Source: the human T2T-CHM13v2.0 reference genome, Homo sapiens
NCBI RefSeq assembly: GCF_009914755.1
Contig: NC_060927.1
Length of the DNA stretch: 64,000 nucleotides
Strand: one strand, 5' to 3'
Both the position numbers and the translations under genes were made by a program. The notes beneath the pieces are model-generated. The model was not told where the DNA came from, ran no database searches, and was given only the letters and a program-made list of their open reading frames with translations. Position 1 is the first letter of the stretch. Each line of letters begins with the position of its first letter. Below are positions 15,576 through 30,835 of the stretch, piece by piece.

Positions 15576-16970
15576 CCATGCCTCTCAGATGGGTTGATGT
15601 GGGGTGCAAGCATGTGGAATTTATCTCCTGGTAGATCCCTGTTTCAATTCCTGAGCTGAGAGTGCAAGCTTGGCAAAAGAGGTCAGGTGGGTGGTGGTCA
15701 CCAAGGGAGTGGGAGAATGATGGAGAAGGATGGTGGGCACTCTGAAGGCCCTGGAAGTTGATGCTCAGGCCTTTAAAGGGGGAGAAGCCAGTGCACTCAT
15801 GAGTTTTCTCTTCCCTGCCACCCATGGCTGCCCAGGCGCAGGTGCGGAGTAGGTGGAGAGTTTGGTGTAAGCAAGTGGGGTGAATGCAGGAAGCAGCCTC
15901 CAGGCTTCTGTCCTCCATCTCTGTCCTCACCCCTCCTTTTAGACCTGCTCTTGTTCACAGGCTGTGGGGATGCCACTGCCGACTCCTGCTCAAAGACAGG
16001 CTGGTGTGAGGAGCAGAGCAAGGCTTGGAATCAGACGGGCATGGGTTCAAATCCTGCCTCTACTGCTCATTAGCCATATGAACCTAAGCAGATCACTAGC
16101 CTTGCCCTGCCTCTGTCTCTTCACCTGTCAAATGCTGGCCTCCCAGAGGGGTTGCAAGGTGGAAGTGGGATTATAGGCCAGCGCTCCCAGTTGTCTCCCT
16201 GTTTCTCTGCGCTGCCAGGCCCCCGTCTGTTGGTGTGATATTCCTGGGCTCTAGTTACACAGCTGAGATCCCTGCTGTCCTTTCTCCTTTCTTCTCTTCC
16301 TTCCCTAAGAGCAGCATTGAGGGTTCTAGGTTCCTCTAAGAATCCCACAGAACCATAGACCATATCCCCAGAATGTGCACCGACATATGCAGTTTGTATA
16401 CCAGTTCTGGGGATCATGGGCCTTGTGAAAACTTATCCCAAGACCCCCTCACTCCATTCCCCACAGCTGCAGGGTGTAGCCTCCAGCATGAGCGACCCCC
16501 AAAGCTGATGGCCGGCACTTCTCCCCTGATGTTTTCCTTAAGCCAGGGTGTTGAGGAGGTTGGGGCCACTGGCAAAGGGACTCTTCCCTGTCACCAGGGA
16601 GCCAGTTGGTGCCCACTACAGGACTTTAGCCCCCTTCCCCTTGGGGAGTCCCAGGTGTCCTGGCTGTCTGCACCCTGCCAGCATTTTGGAGAAGTTCAAG
16701 AAATCAGCCCTTTTTCTAGGAACAGTGCACGGTGAATGCATCAGCCCTTTTGCCCAGCACCCAACCCCACTCCATAGACACCCATTACCCAGAAAGGGGA
16801 GCGCAAATTAAAATAATAAACACCCCTCATCACTATGTGTGTTCAACTAAGTGACATTATTTTTTTGAATCTATTCTTAAGCTTCCTTACCTTATTCTTC
16901 TGTAAAATGGGCATAATCATTCCTGCCTCCCATGACGGGTTTGTGAATTAGAGATACATAAAACATTCTA

Positions 16971-17300
<330 letters not shown>

Positions 17301-17386
17301 TTAGGTATGGCCCTTGGAGGCATATTATCTCTAGAAATTGTTTTCTCTATTGCTTGATATTCCGTGACCCTTATTTCACCCTGTAG

Positions 17387-17698
<312 letters not shown>

Positions 17699-18593
17699 CC
17701 ATGTGTCATAACAGTTTGAAAGTCAGTTTTTAGTGATCTCCCCTAAAGCTGGGGGCTGTTTTAACCCAGTGATGGCATTTTCTGTAGAGTGCAGATGATG
17801 CGTCTAGTCATTCTGCAAGTATTTTTTGAGCCTTCCTTGAGTGCTGAAGCTTTTGTGGGCCCAGGGAAATGAAAGCCAGGCTCCCACATTCTGGGACTCT
17901 ACCCCATGGTGAGGAGCTGAGCCAGGCCCCCCAGACTTGGAGGAACAGATGACACACGCAACAGGAAGGGCTCAAAGATGGAGGTCAGAGGCTGGGCGCT
18001 CTTGTGAGGAGGAAGGGAGATGGACTGCATCCCAGCTGGAAGGCGGCTGGGACAGCCAGTGGAGAGGAGGGGAAAGGGCATTCTAGATGGAAGTCACGGC
18101 TTGGGCAAAGACTTGGAATGGAGATACGGCCCAGCCGGTTCTAGGATAGCCAGACAGTGGTGGTTCTGGTTGAAGAAAAATGACTGGACAGGCTGGGACC
18201 CTTGGGCCTTAGGGAAATAGGAACACCCTTCTTCCTGGTGCATGGCCTTTAGTGGGTCCCTTTAACTCCTGGACCTCAATGTCCCCATCTATACTAGGAG
18301 GATGGTAATATCTTACTTCCAAGGCTGTGAAGAGGACTGAGAGAGTGGGTGTGTATAAAGCCTTTGGCATAGTGCTGGCTGCCAGCAGGAACACGGTGGG
18401 TGGGACCACTTTTAGCCAAAGATCTTGACCGTACCCTGGGCTATGGGCCACTGTCGGAGCCCCTGGAGCTCATGCTGTGACTTTTCTCCCTCTGGAAGCC
18501 TGGTGGAAGAGGGGGAGAAGGTGGCTCACGCCTGTAATCCCAGGCGTGGGCAGTTTTCCTAGTATTTCTCAGGAGGGAACAAGAAGGGGAGAA

Positions 18594-18683
18594 GGGAGGA
18601 GGAGAAGCAGAGAAAAGGGGGAGAGGTGAGGGGGAGGAGGAGAAGCAGAGAAAAGGGGGAGAGGTGAGGGGGAGGAGGAGAAG
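18594..18683. repeat. 38-bp purine-rich tandem repeat, ~2.4 copies
   Basis: Unit GGGAGGAGGAGAAGCAGAGAAAAGGGGGAGAGGTGAGG repeated exactly. Confidence 0.9.
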
Positions 18684-19996
18684 ATCTTGACTATTACATC
18701 AGAGCCCCAGGCTGGTGCTCCTCCATGCTGGCTGCCCTCCTGCCTGGGACTACATGCCTTGCCAGCATGTGGGGCTTGCCTTGGCATCTGAAATCGATAA
18801 GCTCCCAGCAGTTCCAGGGTCTCCAGTTAAATCCTCCTTTGCAAAGCTGCTGGGTCCCTTGATCCCTTGTCCTCAAGTGGGAGGATTGGAGCATCGCAGA
18901 CAGATGTGCACAACACTGACCCTGTCTCTCCATTTATCTTTCTCCTTCCTCCTCCCCCAGTCTGGCTGCCTCTCTGTCTCTGTCTATCTGTCTGTCTCTC
19001 TCTCACAAACGCACACGCACACGCACATTGGCAGCATACCTCTTCTCCCACAGTGACTAATACTTTCTGTCTCTGGAGTCCTCCTACCTTCATGACATCA
19101 GGCATGGGGAATGCAGGCAGGATCATAATTTCTTAATAGTGTAGCTGCCCATTATCTTCAGCCTCCCCCAGGAAGCCCTGGAGTCAGAACTGCTGACAAG
19201 GGGCCTGTGGCCGGGCATTTGCAGGTGTATGTGTGTGGAGGGGTGGGCTAGACAAGGGGTGGGCTAGTCCCACTTGGGACCAGGCCCAGCTCAGCCACAC
19301 ACCCCTCCTCCCTGCTAGCCCTCCCAGACCAATGGATGGGTTCATACCATTCCTGGGGTAGATTTTGTCCCTTCCGTTTCATCTGCCATTATTAGTGTAT
19401 TTAGGTTTTATATGTTTTCTGGAGCCAATTTTGATCATTTATATTTCTTGAACCATCCATTTCATTGAGAATTGAAAATTTATTATTATCAAACTGTGTA
19501 TGGTTTTCTCCATAATTAAATATATAGCTGTATCCATAGTCAGAGGCCTTTTCTCATTCCAAATGCTTGTCTTTTTTTCTCTGATAAGAATTGCTGAAAG
19601 CTGGGTTTTTTTAAATTGGTCCTTTGAAAGAATCTGCTTTTGATTTTTAGATATCAGCTACTTTCCCCTCCTCCTACTCTGGCAATTTCTACTTTTATTG
19701 ATACCTTTTTCTTTCTCTCTTATTTTAGTTTATTTTCCCTTTTCTAGCCTCTTGATTTAAGTGTTTAGTTAATTTTCAGTTTTAGTTTCTGAAATGCATT
19801 TAAAGCTATAATTTTCCTGTAAGTACCACTTTGGCCTTAAATGAGAGGTTTTATTTCTGTTGATTGTCCTTCAATTCTCAACTGTGATTTCTGCTTTTTA
19901 ATTAGAGAGTTATAGAGGAGCATGGCTTTTAACATTTTCAGGTGGCTAGATTCTCTTATACTCTTGTTTCTGTTCATTTCTGATCCTGTTACAGTA

Positions 19997-20310
19997 CAGG
20001 TTGAGCATCTGCAGTCCAAAAATCTGAAATCTGAAAGGATTCAAAATCTGAAACTTTTTGAGCGCTTATGTGACGCCACAGTGAATAGTCCACATATAAG
20101 TACTTAATATGAACTTTGTTTTATGCACAAAATTCTCGGAAATATTGTATAAAATTATTTTCAGTCTATGTGTATAAATATAAATGAATCTTGTATTTAG
20201 ACTTGGGTCCCATCCCCAAGAGATCTCGTTATGTATATGCAAATATTCCAGAATCTTTTAAAAATAAAAATTCCAAAACACCTCTGGCCCCAAGCATTTC
20301 AGATAAAGGA
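19997..20310. mobile_element. Tigger4-like (TcMar) DNA transposon within old L1 sequence
   Basis: TA|CAGGTTGAGCATC...AAATCTGAAACTTTTTGAGCG...CCCAAGCATTTCAGATAAAGGA. Confidence 0.7.
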
Positions 20311-20417
20311 CAAAACTTAGCCTATAGGATTTCTGCCTTCTGGAATTTGTTGAAATTTTTATTTATGGCCTCTAATATATGGCCAAATTTCATGTATGTT
20401 TAAAAATGCTTGTTCAT

Positions 20418-20726
<309 letters not shown>

Positions 20727-20774
20727 TCACTATTGGAATGTAAAGTTTGTTCTGTCTCTCAGAATAAGCTTAAA

Positions 20775-20933
20775 TTTTGTTTTTAGAGACAGGTTCTCAT
20801 TCTGCCCCAGAGGCTGGAGTGCAGTGGCAAGATTGTAGCTCATTGGAACCTCAAACTCTTGGGCTCAAGCTGATCCTCCGCTTTATCCTCCCAAAGTACT
20901 GGGATTACAGGGATGAGCCACCTTGCCCAGCCA
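20775..20933 (-). mobile_element. Alu monomer (FRAM/AluJ-like)
   Basis: Diverged antisense Alu monomer. Confidence 0.75.
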
Positions 20934-21799
20934 AGTATTTAAATTTTGTTATTTAATGACAGGACATTGCTTTTGGAGATAATTTGTTCTATATTTAAGA
21001 GAGGCCTCTTCAAGTCTCTCATAATGATTATGGAATTTGTCAATTCCTGTTGTTTTTAAAAATCCTTTTTTTTGTCCACATACGTGTTTAAGCAACATGC
21101 CTAGATGCTTATGATTGATGACTGCGGCACTTCTTGATGCTTGTACCTTTCCGATTATAAATACTCTGTCTTTGTCCGTTTCATGATCTGGCCTTGAATT
21201 CTGTTTTGTAGATGCATTTCTTTTCTTTTGGTTACCATGTGGCTGGCATGTTCTTTTTATCCTTCCATTTTTCATCCTCTCTGTCATTTTGCTTTATATG
21301 TGTCTTTGAAAGAAGGCAGGCAAATGGATTTTGTATTTAGTATCTACTTTTAATAGATGGATTTAATCCATTTGCATTTATTGTGATGAGTCATAGATTT
21401 ATTTCAGCCATCTTATTTCATGCCTACTTTTTATTATATTTGCTTATTTTTGTTAAGTTTATTTTTGCCTTTTGTTGGATTGGTTTCATTTACTTTGTCC
21501 TGTTTTTCCTCTGTTGCTTAGGAAGTTTGAGGTGTTGCTTAGGAAGTTTGAGGTTTTACTTCCGTTCTTCTATTGGTTATGCTATATATGTATGTGTGTG
21601 TATACTCGTATTTTTCTATCAGCATCTAGATGTAATCAGGATCATTAGCCTCTTGACAAATGAGGCGAGAACTTTAGTACTTATTTTTTCCTGGCTCCTA
21701 CCCTCACACATTGGATCATCTTAGATTTTAGTTCTACATTATCATCTATTCTCTTCAAATTATGCAACAACATTTAGTTAAACTTACCTGTTCTTTTAA

Positions 21800-21925
21800 A
21801 AATTTGTAGAGATGGGGTCTCACTATGTTGCCCAGGCTGGTCTCAAACTCCCGGCCTAAAACTATCCTCCTACCTCAGCCTCTCAAACTGCTGGGATTAT
21901 AGGCTTGAACTTACTGCACTGGCCT
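21800..21925 (-). mobile_element. Alu left monomer (FLAM-like)
   Basis: TGTAGAGATGGGGTCTCACTATGTTGCCCAGGCTGGTCTCAAACTCC. Confidence 0.78.
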
Positions 21926-22254
21926 TAAACTTAACTCTTATGTTTTGCTGTTTTCTTCGCTTACCACTGTTTGTAGTATCACTCTTCTTTCTCTTTGATG
22001 GTTTTATTTTTTACTTTGTAAGAATTCTTCCAGAAAGCCTGGGTGATATAATTTCTAAGACCTTCAATGTCTGAGATGACTGTTTTTCCTTTCCATAGGG
22101 TCCATTTTGATTTTCAACTCCCTATTAATTTTTTTTAATTTGAATGATCATATTTTAAAATATCCTAGATCTCTAGTTTCCATTTAGATAGTATATACCT
22201 TCAAAATCTGTAAATATATGAATTACGATATTGCCTTAATGTCTTCTGCTTTTC

Positions 22255-22625
<371 letters not shown>

Positions 22626-23496
22626 TAATTGCAGTTCTGAGTCGAATTTTTTTTTTTTTCTAAGAAAAAAAAAAGCTGCAGTCCCTCCAGTTGAAGGTGC
22701 AGTCTTCCTGCTCCCTCCTGGGAAATACTGGGGAAACTGCCCGGTCCTTGGCTGTAGGTCCTGCCTTCTGACCTCTTCATTTCACATCCAGATGAAATAG
22801 TTCTAGGATATCAGAGCTGTAAGGACCTGCTGGTCCCGGAGCCCCGCCCCTCATTTCCTACATGAGACTGAGGCCCAGGGAAGGAGCAGAAGTAGCCATG
22901 AGCTGCTTTTATGCCCTGGGCACCTCTTGGGTCCTCTTGTCCATCACTGGCCCCTCTGAAGTGCCAAATGGCTCTGGGGGATGTGCAGCAATGAAGGGCT
23001 GTGGGGACAGGTGACTTTCTTGGGTACTGTGTAAAGGTGCCTGTCTAAGAAGATGTGGATTCCCAGGCATCGCCGGATAGCTTGTCCTGTGGCTTTCCTT
23101 GCCATCTACACACTGGCAACTCCCACATCTGTATCTCTTGCCCCCTCTTCTCTTCTCTATGTCTGACTTAAGTCCCCCAATACCTACTGGAAGTCAAACA
23201 TGGTGTCTAATAGACTCTGAAGCCTGTGTCAAAAACTGAGTCCCCCAAACCCTGTTTCTCACCCAGACTTCCCCACCTCAGCATCTGGGATCACTATTCC
23301 CCTAGACGCTCAGGCCAGAAACAGGCGTCATCCTCAATGCCTCTTTTTCTCACCTCTCTATCCCCACACTTTCCTCCAGAAAGCTCTGCTCCTGTTGACT
23401 CTGTCTTAGAAAGTGGCCTTGGTCTGGTCACTTCCCCCAGCACCCACTCCCCGCCCTCGGCTCCACCAGCATGTGTTGCCTGGATTCTTGTGCTAG

Positions 23497-23899
<403 letters not shown>

Positions 23900-25849
23900 A
23901 GACTATGCCATTCTTTTGCCCAAACTCTCCAGTGGCCCCAGTCTTGCTTAGAACCAAGTGAAACTTACACAGTGTGGCAGGCCCCACCATCTGCCCCCAC
24001 CTCCTCTCCATCCTTCACACGCCCTTCACTCCCCTTCTTGCCCTTGCACACCTCCACCTTTGAGCCTTCGAATTTGTTGTGTTCCCTCTGCCTGGAGTGC
24101 TCTTCCGCTAGGCCACGTGGCTCCCTCCGGCCCCTCATTTAGTCACTGTTCAAATGTCACCTTCTGATATTGGTCCTCCTTCCCTACCCAAAATGACACC
24201 AACTTCTGCCAGTGACCCTCCAGCCGACTATATCATTCTTCACACTGTGTATCTATCTCCACTAAAATAACAGCCATTCATTTGTTGATCTGTCTTGCTT
24301 CTAGATGGTGAGTCCCATAAAAGCAAGGATTTGGTCTCATTCGCCTTCTGTCCATAGGGCCTAGAACACTTCCTGCCACCTAGCAGGCACTCAGACATTC
24401 CTTAAATGAATGACAAGATTGGACAGACTTCACATTTATTTTTTGATTCAAGTACTGTTCGGGGCTACTTTTTGGCCAGGCCATGAGTAGACAGGTGACT
24501 GGCACAGACCTGCCGTTACCCCTGGGAGCTAACAGTCCTGCTGGGGACAACTACATGGCTGGCCAGAAGTGTTCCCGGAAGGGTTGGCATGGGGCTGGGG
24601 TTGGTCCTGGGGCTCCAGCTACAGCCAAGTCAGAGTCCGCTCACCAAGGCCAGTGGAGAAGGGGAGCGAAGGGGGAGTTGGAGGAAAGTGTCCTGGACTG
24701 CGAGGGTAGCCAGAGCGGGAGAGAAGACCCCAGTGAGGATGGCAAGCTCACAGCAGACCCTCCCACAGGGCTTTTGTGCCAGGCACTGCACTGAGGGCAT
24801 TACATGTATTAACTGAAAACTACCTTGACCATCCCCATTTTAGGAAATGGTGGCACAGAGAGGGTAGCTTGCCTGGGGTCACACCCAGGCATGAGAAGCC
24901 AGACTCCGCCCAGTGGGCTGGCTCCAAAATCTGTAACCACCCGCTCCCCTGCCTCACAGGAGAGGGGAAGGTGGATCTGGTCAGGCAGCAGGGGGACTGG
25001 GAAGACGCAGGGGAGGCTAAGCCATGAGCAGGTGCTTGGAGGATGCTGCAGGTTCAGACTTCATGCCCCCAGAGGGCAGAAAGGGGTCAGGCCTGCACTG
25101 CTAAAAGGAACCCCCCACCCTGCCTACCGAGCTTGTGGCTGTGAGCAGTGGGATGAGACTTTCCCTCAGCAGGAAGGAGGCTGGAGGAAGGTGGCAGTGA
25201 GGGGCGAGAGCACCTGGGCAGGAGTAGTTGGGGGGATGGATGGGTTAGGAGGAAGAGCTTCCAGCCCCAGCCTAGGAGGAAGTGCCCTGGCTGTGAGGGG
25301 CCGCTCCTCCCCCAGGGTCTCCTTGGTATCTGTCCCCTTGGGGGCTGAGAAGCCCTTCCTGCCCAGATGGCCTCTTCAGGGCTTCCCCCCAGGCATGTCC
25401 ACAAATAAGCTCTTCTCCCCTAGGGGGTGCAAGGTAGAGGCACGGTTTTCATTGATAGAGGAGGAAAGGGGAAGCTCAGAGAGTCAGGCAACCTCCCAAA
25501 GAGTCACAGTTTGTAGGCCCTGCAGCAGGGATCCAAGCCCAGGTCTGGCCAGAGGGATTGTGTAGCAGAGTTCATCACTGGCTTCATGAGGCGCGTCTGT
25601 AGATCAGAGAATTTAGGCCTAGTAAGCACATGGGGTGAAACTGGAGGAGAAGGGTTTGGTGGGTCCACAGTGAGTCAGAGCCTCACCCTGAAGCGGCTTT
25701 AAGGTTGGGGAGCTTCAGCTGGGACCCTTCGAGCAGCCCTAGAGAGAGAGCTTATGCAGCCTCTCACGGGACAGCTCGGACTGGGCCACGGTAGGGACAG
25801 CAGCAGCAGCAGTGTTGGAGTCTTGCAGGCTGTGGGGGCTACAGGGTAG

Positions 25850-26041
<192 letters not shown>

Positions 26042-26099
26042 TGAGCATCAAAGACAGGTGAGAGTACCGGGAAGAGGCCTGCGCCTGCCTCCTAGGGCG

Positions 26100-26134
26100 C
26101 TCTCTCTCTCTCTCTTTCTCTTTCTCTCTCTCTC
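26100..26134. repeat. (TC)n imperfect microsatellite
   Basis: Pyrimidine dinucleotide tract. Confidence 0.8.
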
Positions 26135-27031
26135 ACCCCTAATTAAAGGCGTGGATTTTTTTAAGCCTTATGTGGAGTAATTAAATCATTTGAAATCTGG
26201 TTTATACTCATTTGGCCTTGTTGATTCTCAAAGAGGCTATGTAATGAAAATAAAAGCACAAACTAATAGGAAAAGAACAAGCTTTGAGCAAATTCCATTA
26301 AAGACAGAAAAAAATCTAGCTAACATGTGTTCCAAAGGCAAAGTGTTAATAAGTTTACCAGGTAAAGGGACACACATACATACACATAAAGCTCCCACAG
26401 ATTAATGTGGGTTTTACTCCGAATACATGAATTGCAAAAGAGAAAACAAAAATGGCTCAAATGTGGGAAAATGTTCAACTTTCTTGCTAATCAAAGAAAT
26501 ATAGGGAAAATAGTAAAGTACCATTTTTCACCTGTCAAATTATAATTTTTTAAAATGGAAATACCCAATGCTGCCAAATACTCAATGCTGCGGTGAGATT
26601 GTCGTTTCATTCAGTTTTGGACAAAATTTGGCCCATGTCAATAAGAATCTTTACGGTGGCCATGCCTCTTGATGCCCTCTGCTGGGAGCCATCCTAATTG
26701 TGCAGCTGGTTGTGTGGTTGGTACATCTGAGTGACCCAAGAGATGGGAACCAGGTCTGGGGAGCCAGCCCCTGGCCAGCAGCCCCTCAAGTCCTCACCAC
26801 TGGCCTTGCAATGGACCTGAGGCTTAAAGCCAAGATAGCCAGCAGCCCCCGGGCCCTTTCCCCCAAGCCCTGACCTCTCTCTGGAAAGGAAGAGGGAAGG
26901 GACTGCAGTCCAGGCTGACTGGGGAGGTGCTGTGGGCTGGCTGTGCTATGCCTGAGATGTGAATGTGCCACCTTAACCAGGTGTGAGGGGTGGTGGAAAC
27001 CTCACAGAGCTGCTGTTCCTTTATTTCCCAG

Positions 27032-27131
27032 GGAGTCATTCCCGATGATCCTCGTGGCCAACAAGGTCGATTTGATGCACTTGAGGAAGATCACCAGGGA
27101 GCAAGGAAAAGAAATGGCGACCAAACACAAT
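27032..27131 (+). CDS. MRAS: M-Ras coding exon 3 (aa 116-149; G4 motif NKVD)
   Basis: Acceptor tttatttcccAG ends at 27031; [33 protein letters not shown]; donor AAT|GTAGGT; 100 nt. Confidence 0.97.
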
Positions 27132-29045
27132 GTAGGTGTGTGCGTGTGTGTAGAGGGGGTCAGGAGATGTGTAAAAGCTGTAGCCTGGTCACCCCTGCAG
27201 TCCTGGTCTTTGGAAATGAAACTACTGTTTATTGAAGGGCTCCCCTTAGTTTAAGTCTTGTTGCTACTGAAATCCTGCAATTCCAGGAATCCAGGTAATG
27301 CACATCAGTGTTTCGTCAATGGTAGAGACAGGTCCCCTAGAAAGAAAGTAGAAGGTGTCTGGGACCTGGGGGGATCATACAACTCAGGGACTTCTGAGTG
27401 ATGGGGTGGGACCACAGGTGGCAGTGGTCTGAGGCCCTGGAACCTGGGCCATTACTGAGCCGGTAGGAGTACAGGATGTGAAGGGGCTCCAGGTAGGTCC
27501 CAGCTTGAGCTGCGGTGCCTTCCTGCCTCCCCTCTGGGTGTGTGCAGGGATGCACGTTGTCCTGACTTACAGGGGCCCCATAGGACTCTACTGGCCGCTT
27601 ATCAGGGGCATCTGCCATGGCCGGATTTGGTGTCCAACCTGGAAGAGGCTCCAAAGCAGACCTCAGCACCCCTTACCAGGGCCAGGAGAAAGTGGAAAGT
27701 GTGCCCAGTTCAAACCCTGATTCTCTGCCAGCCGGTGTTGACCTTGAGCAAGTGCGTCATTCTGAGCTCAGTCTCCTGAGCTGCAGAATGGAGATACTTG
27801 CTTACCTCAGAGGGTTAATGTGAGGACTAAAAGAGGTCAGGGATAGTGAGACCTGGAAAGCCAAACAGCCCATAATGAAGAGCAGTTTCCATTTAGTGTT
27901 ATCAGAGGCTCAAATATTTGTCCAATGAATATTTCAAAGGCTTAAGCTCTGCCTTTTGTGCTCTGCGCTTTGTGTGTCTGTTGGCTACAACAGAAGTGTG
28001 CACATCCAACCTCACGCGATGATGATGGATGGGAAGATACTGACTGGTTTGTGTTCTGGGCAATGATTTACAATCTACTCCTCTAAAACAACAACTTACT
28101 CTGTCGCCCTCCTCCATGCATTTCAAGTGTTGATTATTTTTCTTTCCTTCACTGTGCTTTTCTTTTTCCAGCATATTATAATGAAAGGCATTAATTTTGT
28201 AATCAGAAAAATTTATGAAAAATAACAAAGTTATTCAGTCTAATCACACTCAGCTTACTTCCATCTGTCTCATCAAGGGAGGCCTGTGTGTTCCCCACCC
28301 TGCTCCCCGCCTTTGGGGAATGAACACTTCCTGCCTTGGTGGGGTCCCTGCTGTAGGAGAAGGTGAGCGCTCAGGAGTGAGTGTGTCCTGACCTCATAGA
28401 GCCTTTGTTCTCCTCCCTTTGCCAGCCCGAGGCTTGGTGCAGATCTGGCCCTGGAAACCTGCTCTGTGGGGCCACCACAGTCGTATCTCCCGCTGTCTGC
28501 ACCCTTTCGACCGGGTGATGATTTCTCACCATTGAACGTGCAGACAAAAACCTTGTGTAAACATGGCTGAGCTCCCAGGCTCATAGATACAGATCAAACA
28601 AGAGCTGGGATGAGGTGGGGGCCAGCTCCGACGGGGCCAGGGTCACCTGGGCCCAGAATCCTGGTCATGGCCCAGCCTCTCCTCAGCCTTTTCTACCACG
28701 TCCACTCTGGAGGGGCCCAGAAAGAGGGACAGAAGTCATCCCAAGGTGGAGCAACAGACCTCAGAAAGAAAAATGGATAGAATCAGAATGTATTTTTGAT
28801 AAATGAAACAGTCTTTCATCTTCAAGTATATAAAAAGATCACTTTATTCTATTTTTAGGGAGCTATTAAATATCTCTGTGCCTAGAGAACAAGAGGGAAT
28901 TGGAAAAGCCATTAGTAACACTTTCCAACCTGAAAGAGTGAAAAGCCCTAAATGATGCTTGAGGCTATTGGGGGCTGGGGCTTCTGTGGGGGGTTTTGAA
29001 AGCACCTGGGTTCCTCAGAACCTCTGGGCATTTTTAAGGGTGTAA

Positions 29046-29180
<135 letters not shown>

Positions 29181-30065
29181 TGAGCACTGCCCTCTCCCTA
29201 GAAGCGGGCCTCCACAGCATGGGTTGGCTCCTGGAGGCAGCTGGGAGCTTGAGGAAGCAGCTCCTGTTCTGAGGCCATGAGGCTGTGGAATTCTGGGCCT
29301 ATTTTTGGATTTCTTGTCCCTCCTTCCATTTCTTTCTTTTGCTTTTTCCACCTACCTCTGCCCTCCCCGCAGCTGCTAACGGGTTTGTGGGTGATGTCTG
29401 CTGCACATGTTAAGTGGAAATGCCTTCCTGTCTGATGCAGTGGCTCAGGCTCCCTGGAAGGCAGCTCCCTCCAGCCTGGCTTCAGTGTTCTCCTCACACC
29501 AAAGCTTTCCACACTGTACAAACTAGGTCTCTCTCCTCTTCCCTGCCCTGATATCAGAGCACCCTTTGATATTTCCCCTGAACAACCAATATTCTGATTC
29601 CAAGGTTCAAATTTCAGAGGCATTGCACATGTATCTCCTTTCCCAACCCCACCAGCTGTCAATCTCCAAGTATTGTCAGCAATCCTAATGAAAGTTTCTT
29701 GTATATTCCTTTGCATGGTCAGGGTCAAGACGTTAATCACCTCATGCACTCATGACTAAAACAGCCTCCTGGCTGCATCCGCTGTCACCAAGCTATCCCA
29801 TTTCCCAAATCTTTAACATGCACAGCAGCCTAACCAGCGGGTCTCAGACATTGTGCGTTGAGTTTGTGGCCTATATGCTGGCACCTCCAAGGGCTGCTGG
29901 TGAGCTGTGAGATCAGCCCCGGGGCTCTAACCCCCACTATACACACATGCCCCCACATGCTCAAAAAGCTCATCTTCTCATTATTCCCCAGCGTAATGAG
30001 GAAATATTACATTCTTCACTTTATGTTTTTGCTGGCAGTTTTGCACTCTCAAAATGATTTTCTCA

Positions 30066-30209
30066 TCCAGGCGTAGTGGCTCATTCCTGTAATCCCAGCA
30101 CTCAGAGGCAAAGGTGGAGGTGGAGGCAAGAGGATTGCTTGAGGCTAGGAGTTCAAGACCAGCCTGGGCAACATAGTGAAATGCCATCTTTACAAAAGAA
30201 AGAAAGAAA
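30066..30209 (+). mobile_element. Alu left monomer (FLAM-like)
   Basis: CAGGCGTAGTGGCTCATTCCTGTAATCCCAGCAC...GGGCAACATAGTGAAA plus A-rich tail. Confidence 0.8.
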
Positions 30210-30735
30210 CTATTTGCTCTTGGGCATTTTGCCTCCAATTAGGATGTGCTGCCATCAGGTAGCCTATGGTGATGCCTTGGTTGTGAACCTATAGTGCCAA
30301 GGTCAGGTTTTAGACATAGGAAAAGTTAACAGAAAACATGAAATGGCTTTTACGCTCAGTTGACCCATCATTTTATTTAAACTATGAAACACAGGAATAG
30401 AGGCCAGCACTCTATAAGACAAAACGTGATGTAGCTTATGATTTATGTAAATGTAGCTACAACATAATGTCAGTCATTCCCATCAGTAGGGCGATTTAGG
30501 TTATCCCCTCCCCCATCTCCCCCATTGCATTGCCTCAAGAGAAGCTATCCTGCCAGGCCCTCCTCCAGCGGCCAGGACAGCCACTGGGAGAGGGATGGCA
30601 TCCCCATCCCCCTCACCCACTAACCCCGCCAGAACAGGCCTCCTCTGACTCAGATCTGGGGCTAGGGAGGAGAGGGGCAGAGGAGAAGCAAAGCCCATTC
30701 TGACTTTGTCTTTCTGTCCTTCATTGTTTCAAAAG

Positions 30736-30835
30736 GCAACAGATTCCGGAAAAAAGCCAGAAGAAGAAGAAGAAAACCAAATGGCGGGGAGACCGGGCCA
30801 CAGGCACCCACAAACTGCAATGTGTGATCTTGTGA
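30736..30835 (+). CDS. MRAS: M-Ras last coding exon (aa 176-208; polybasic KKKKKTK, CaaX CVIL)
   Basis: Acceptor tttcaaaAG ends at 30735; [32 protein letters not shown] then TGA (30833-30835); exons sum to 193+154+100+80+100 = 627 nt = 208 aa plus stop. Confidence 0.97.

Noticed and set aside
24825-25565. 246-aa + strand ORF in the MRAS intron, the longest in the track
   Set aside because: Non-ATG start, G/S/P/R-rich composition typical of GC-rich chance frames, partial MIR-like overlap, no recognisable domain
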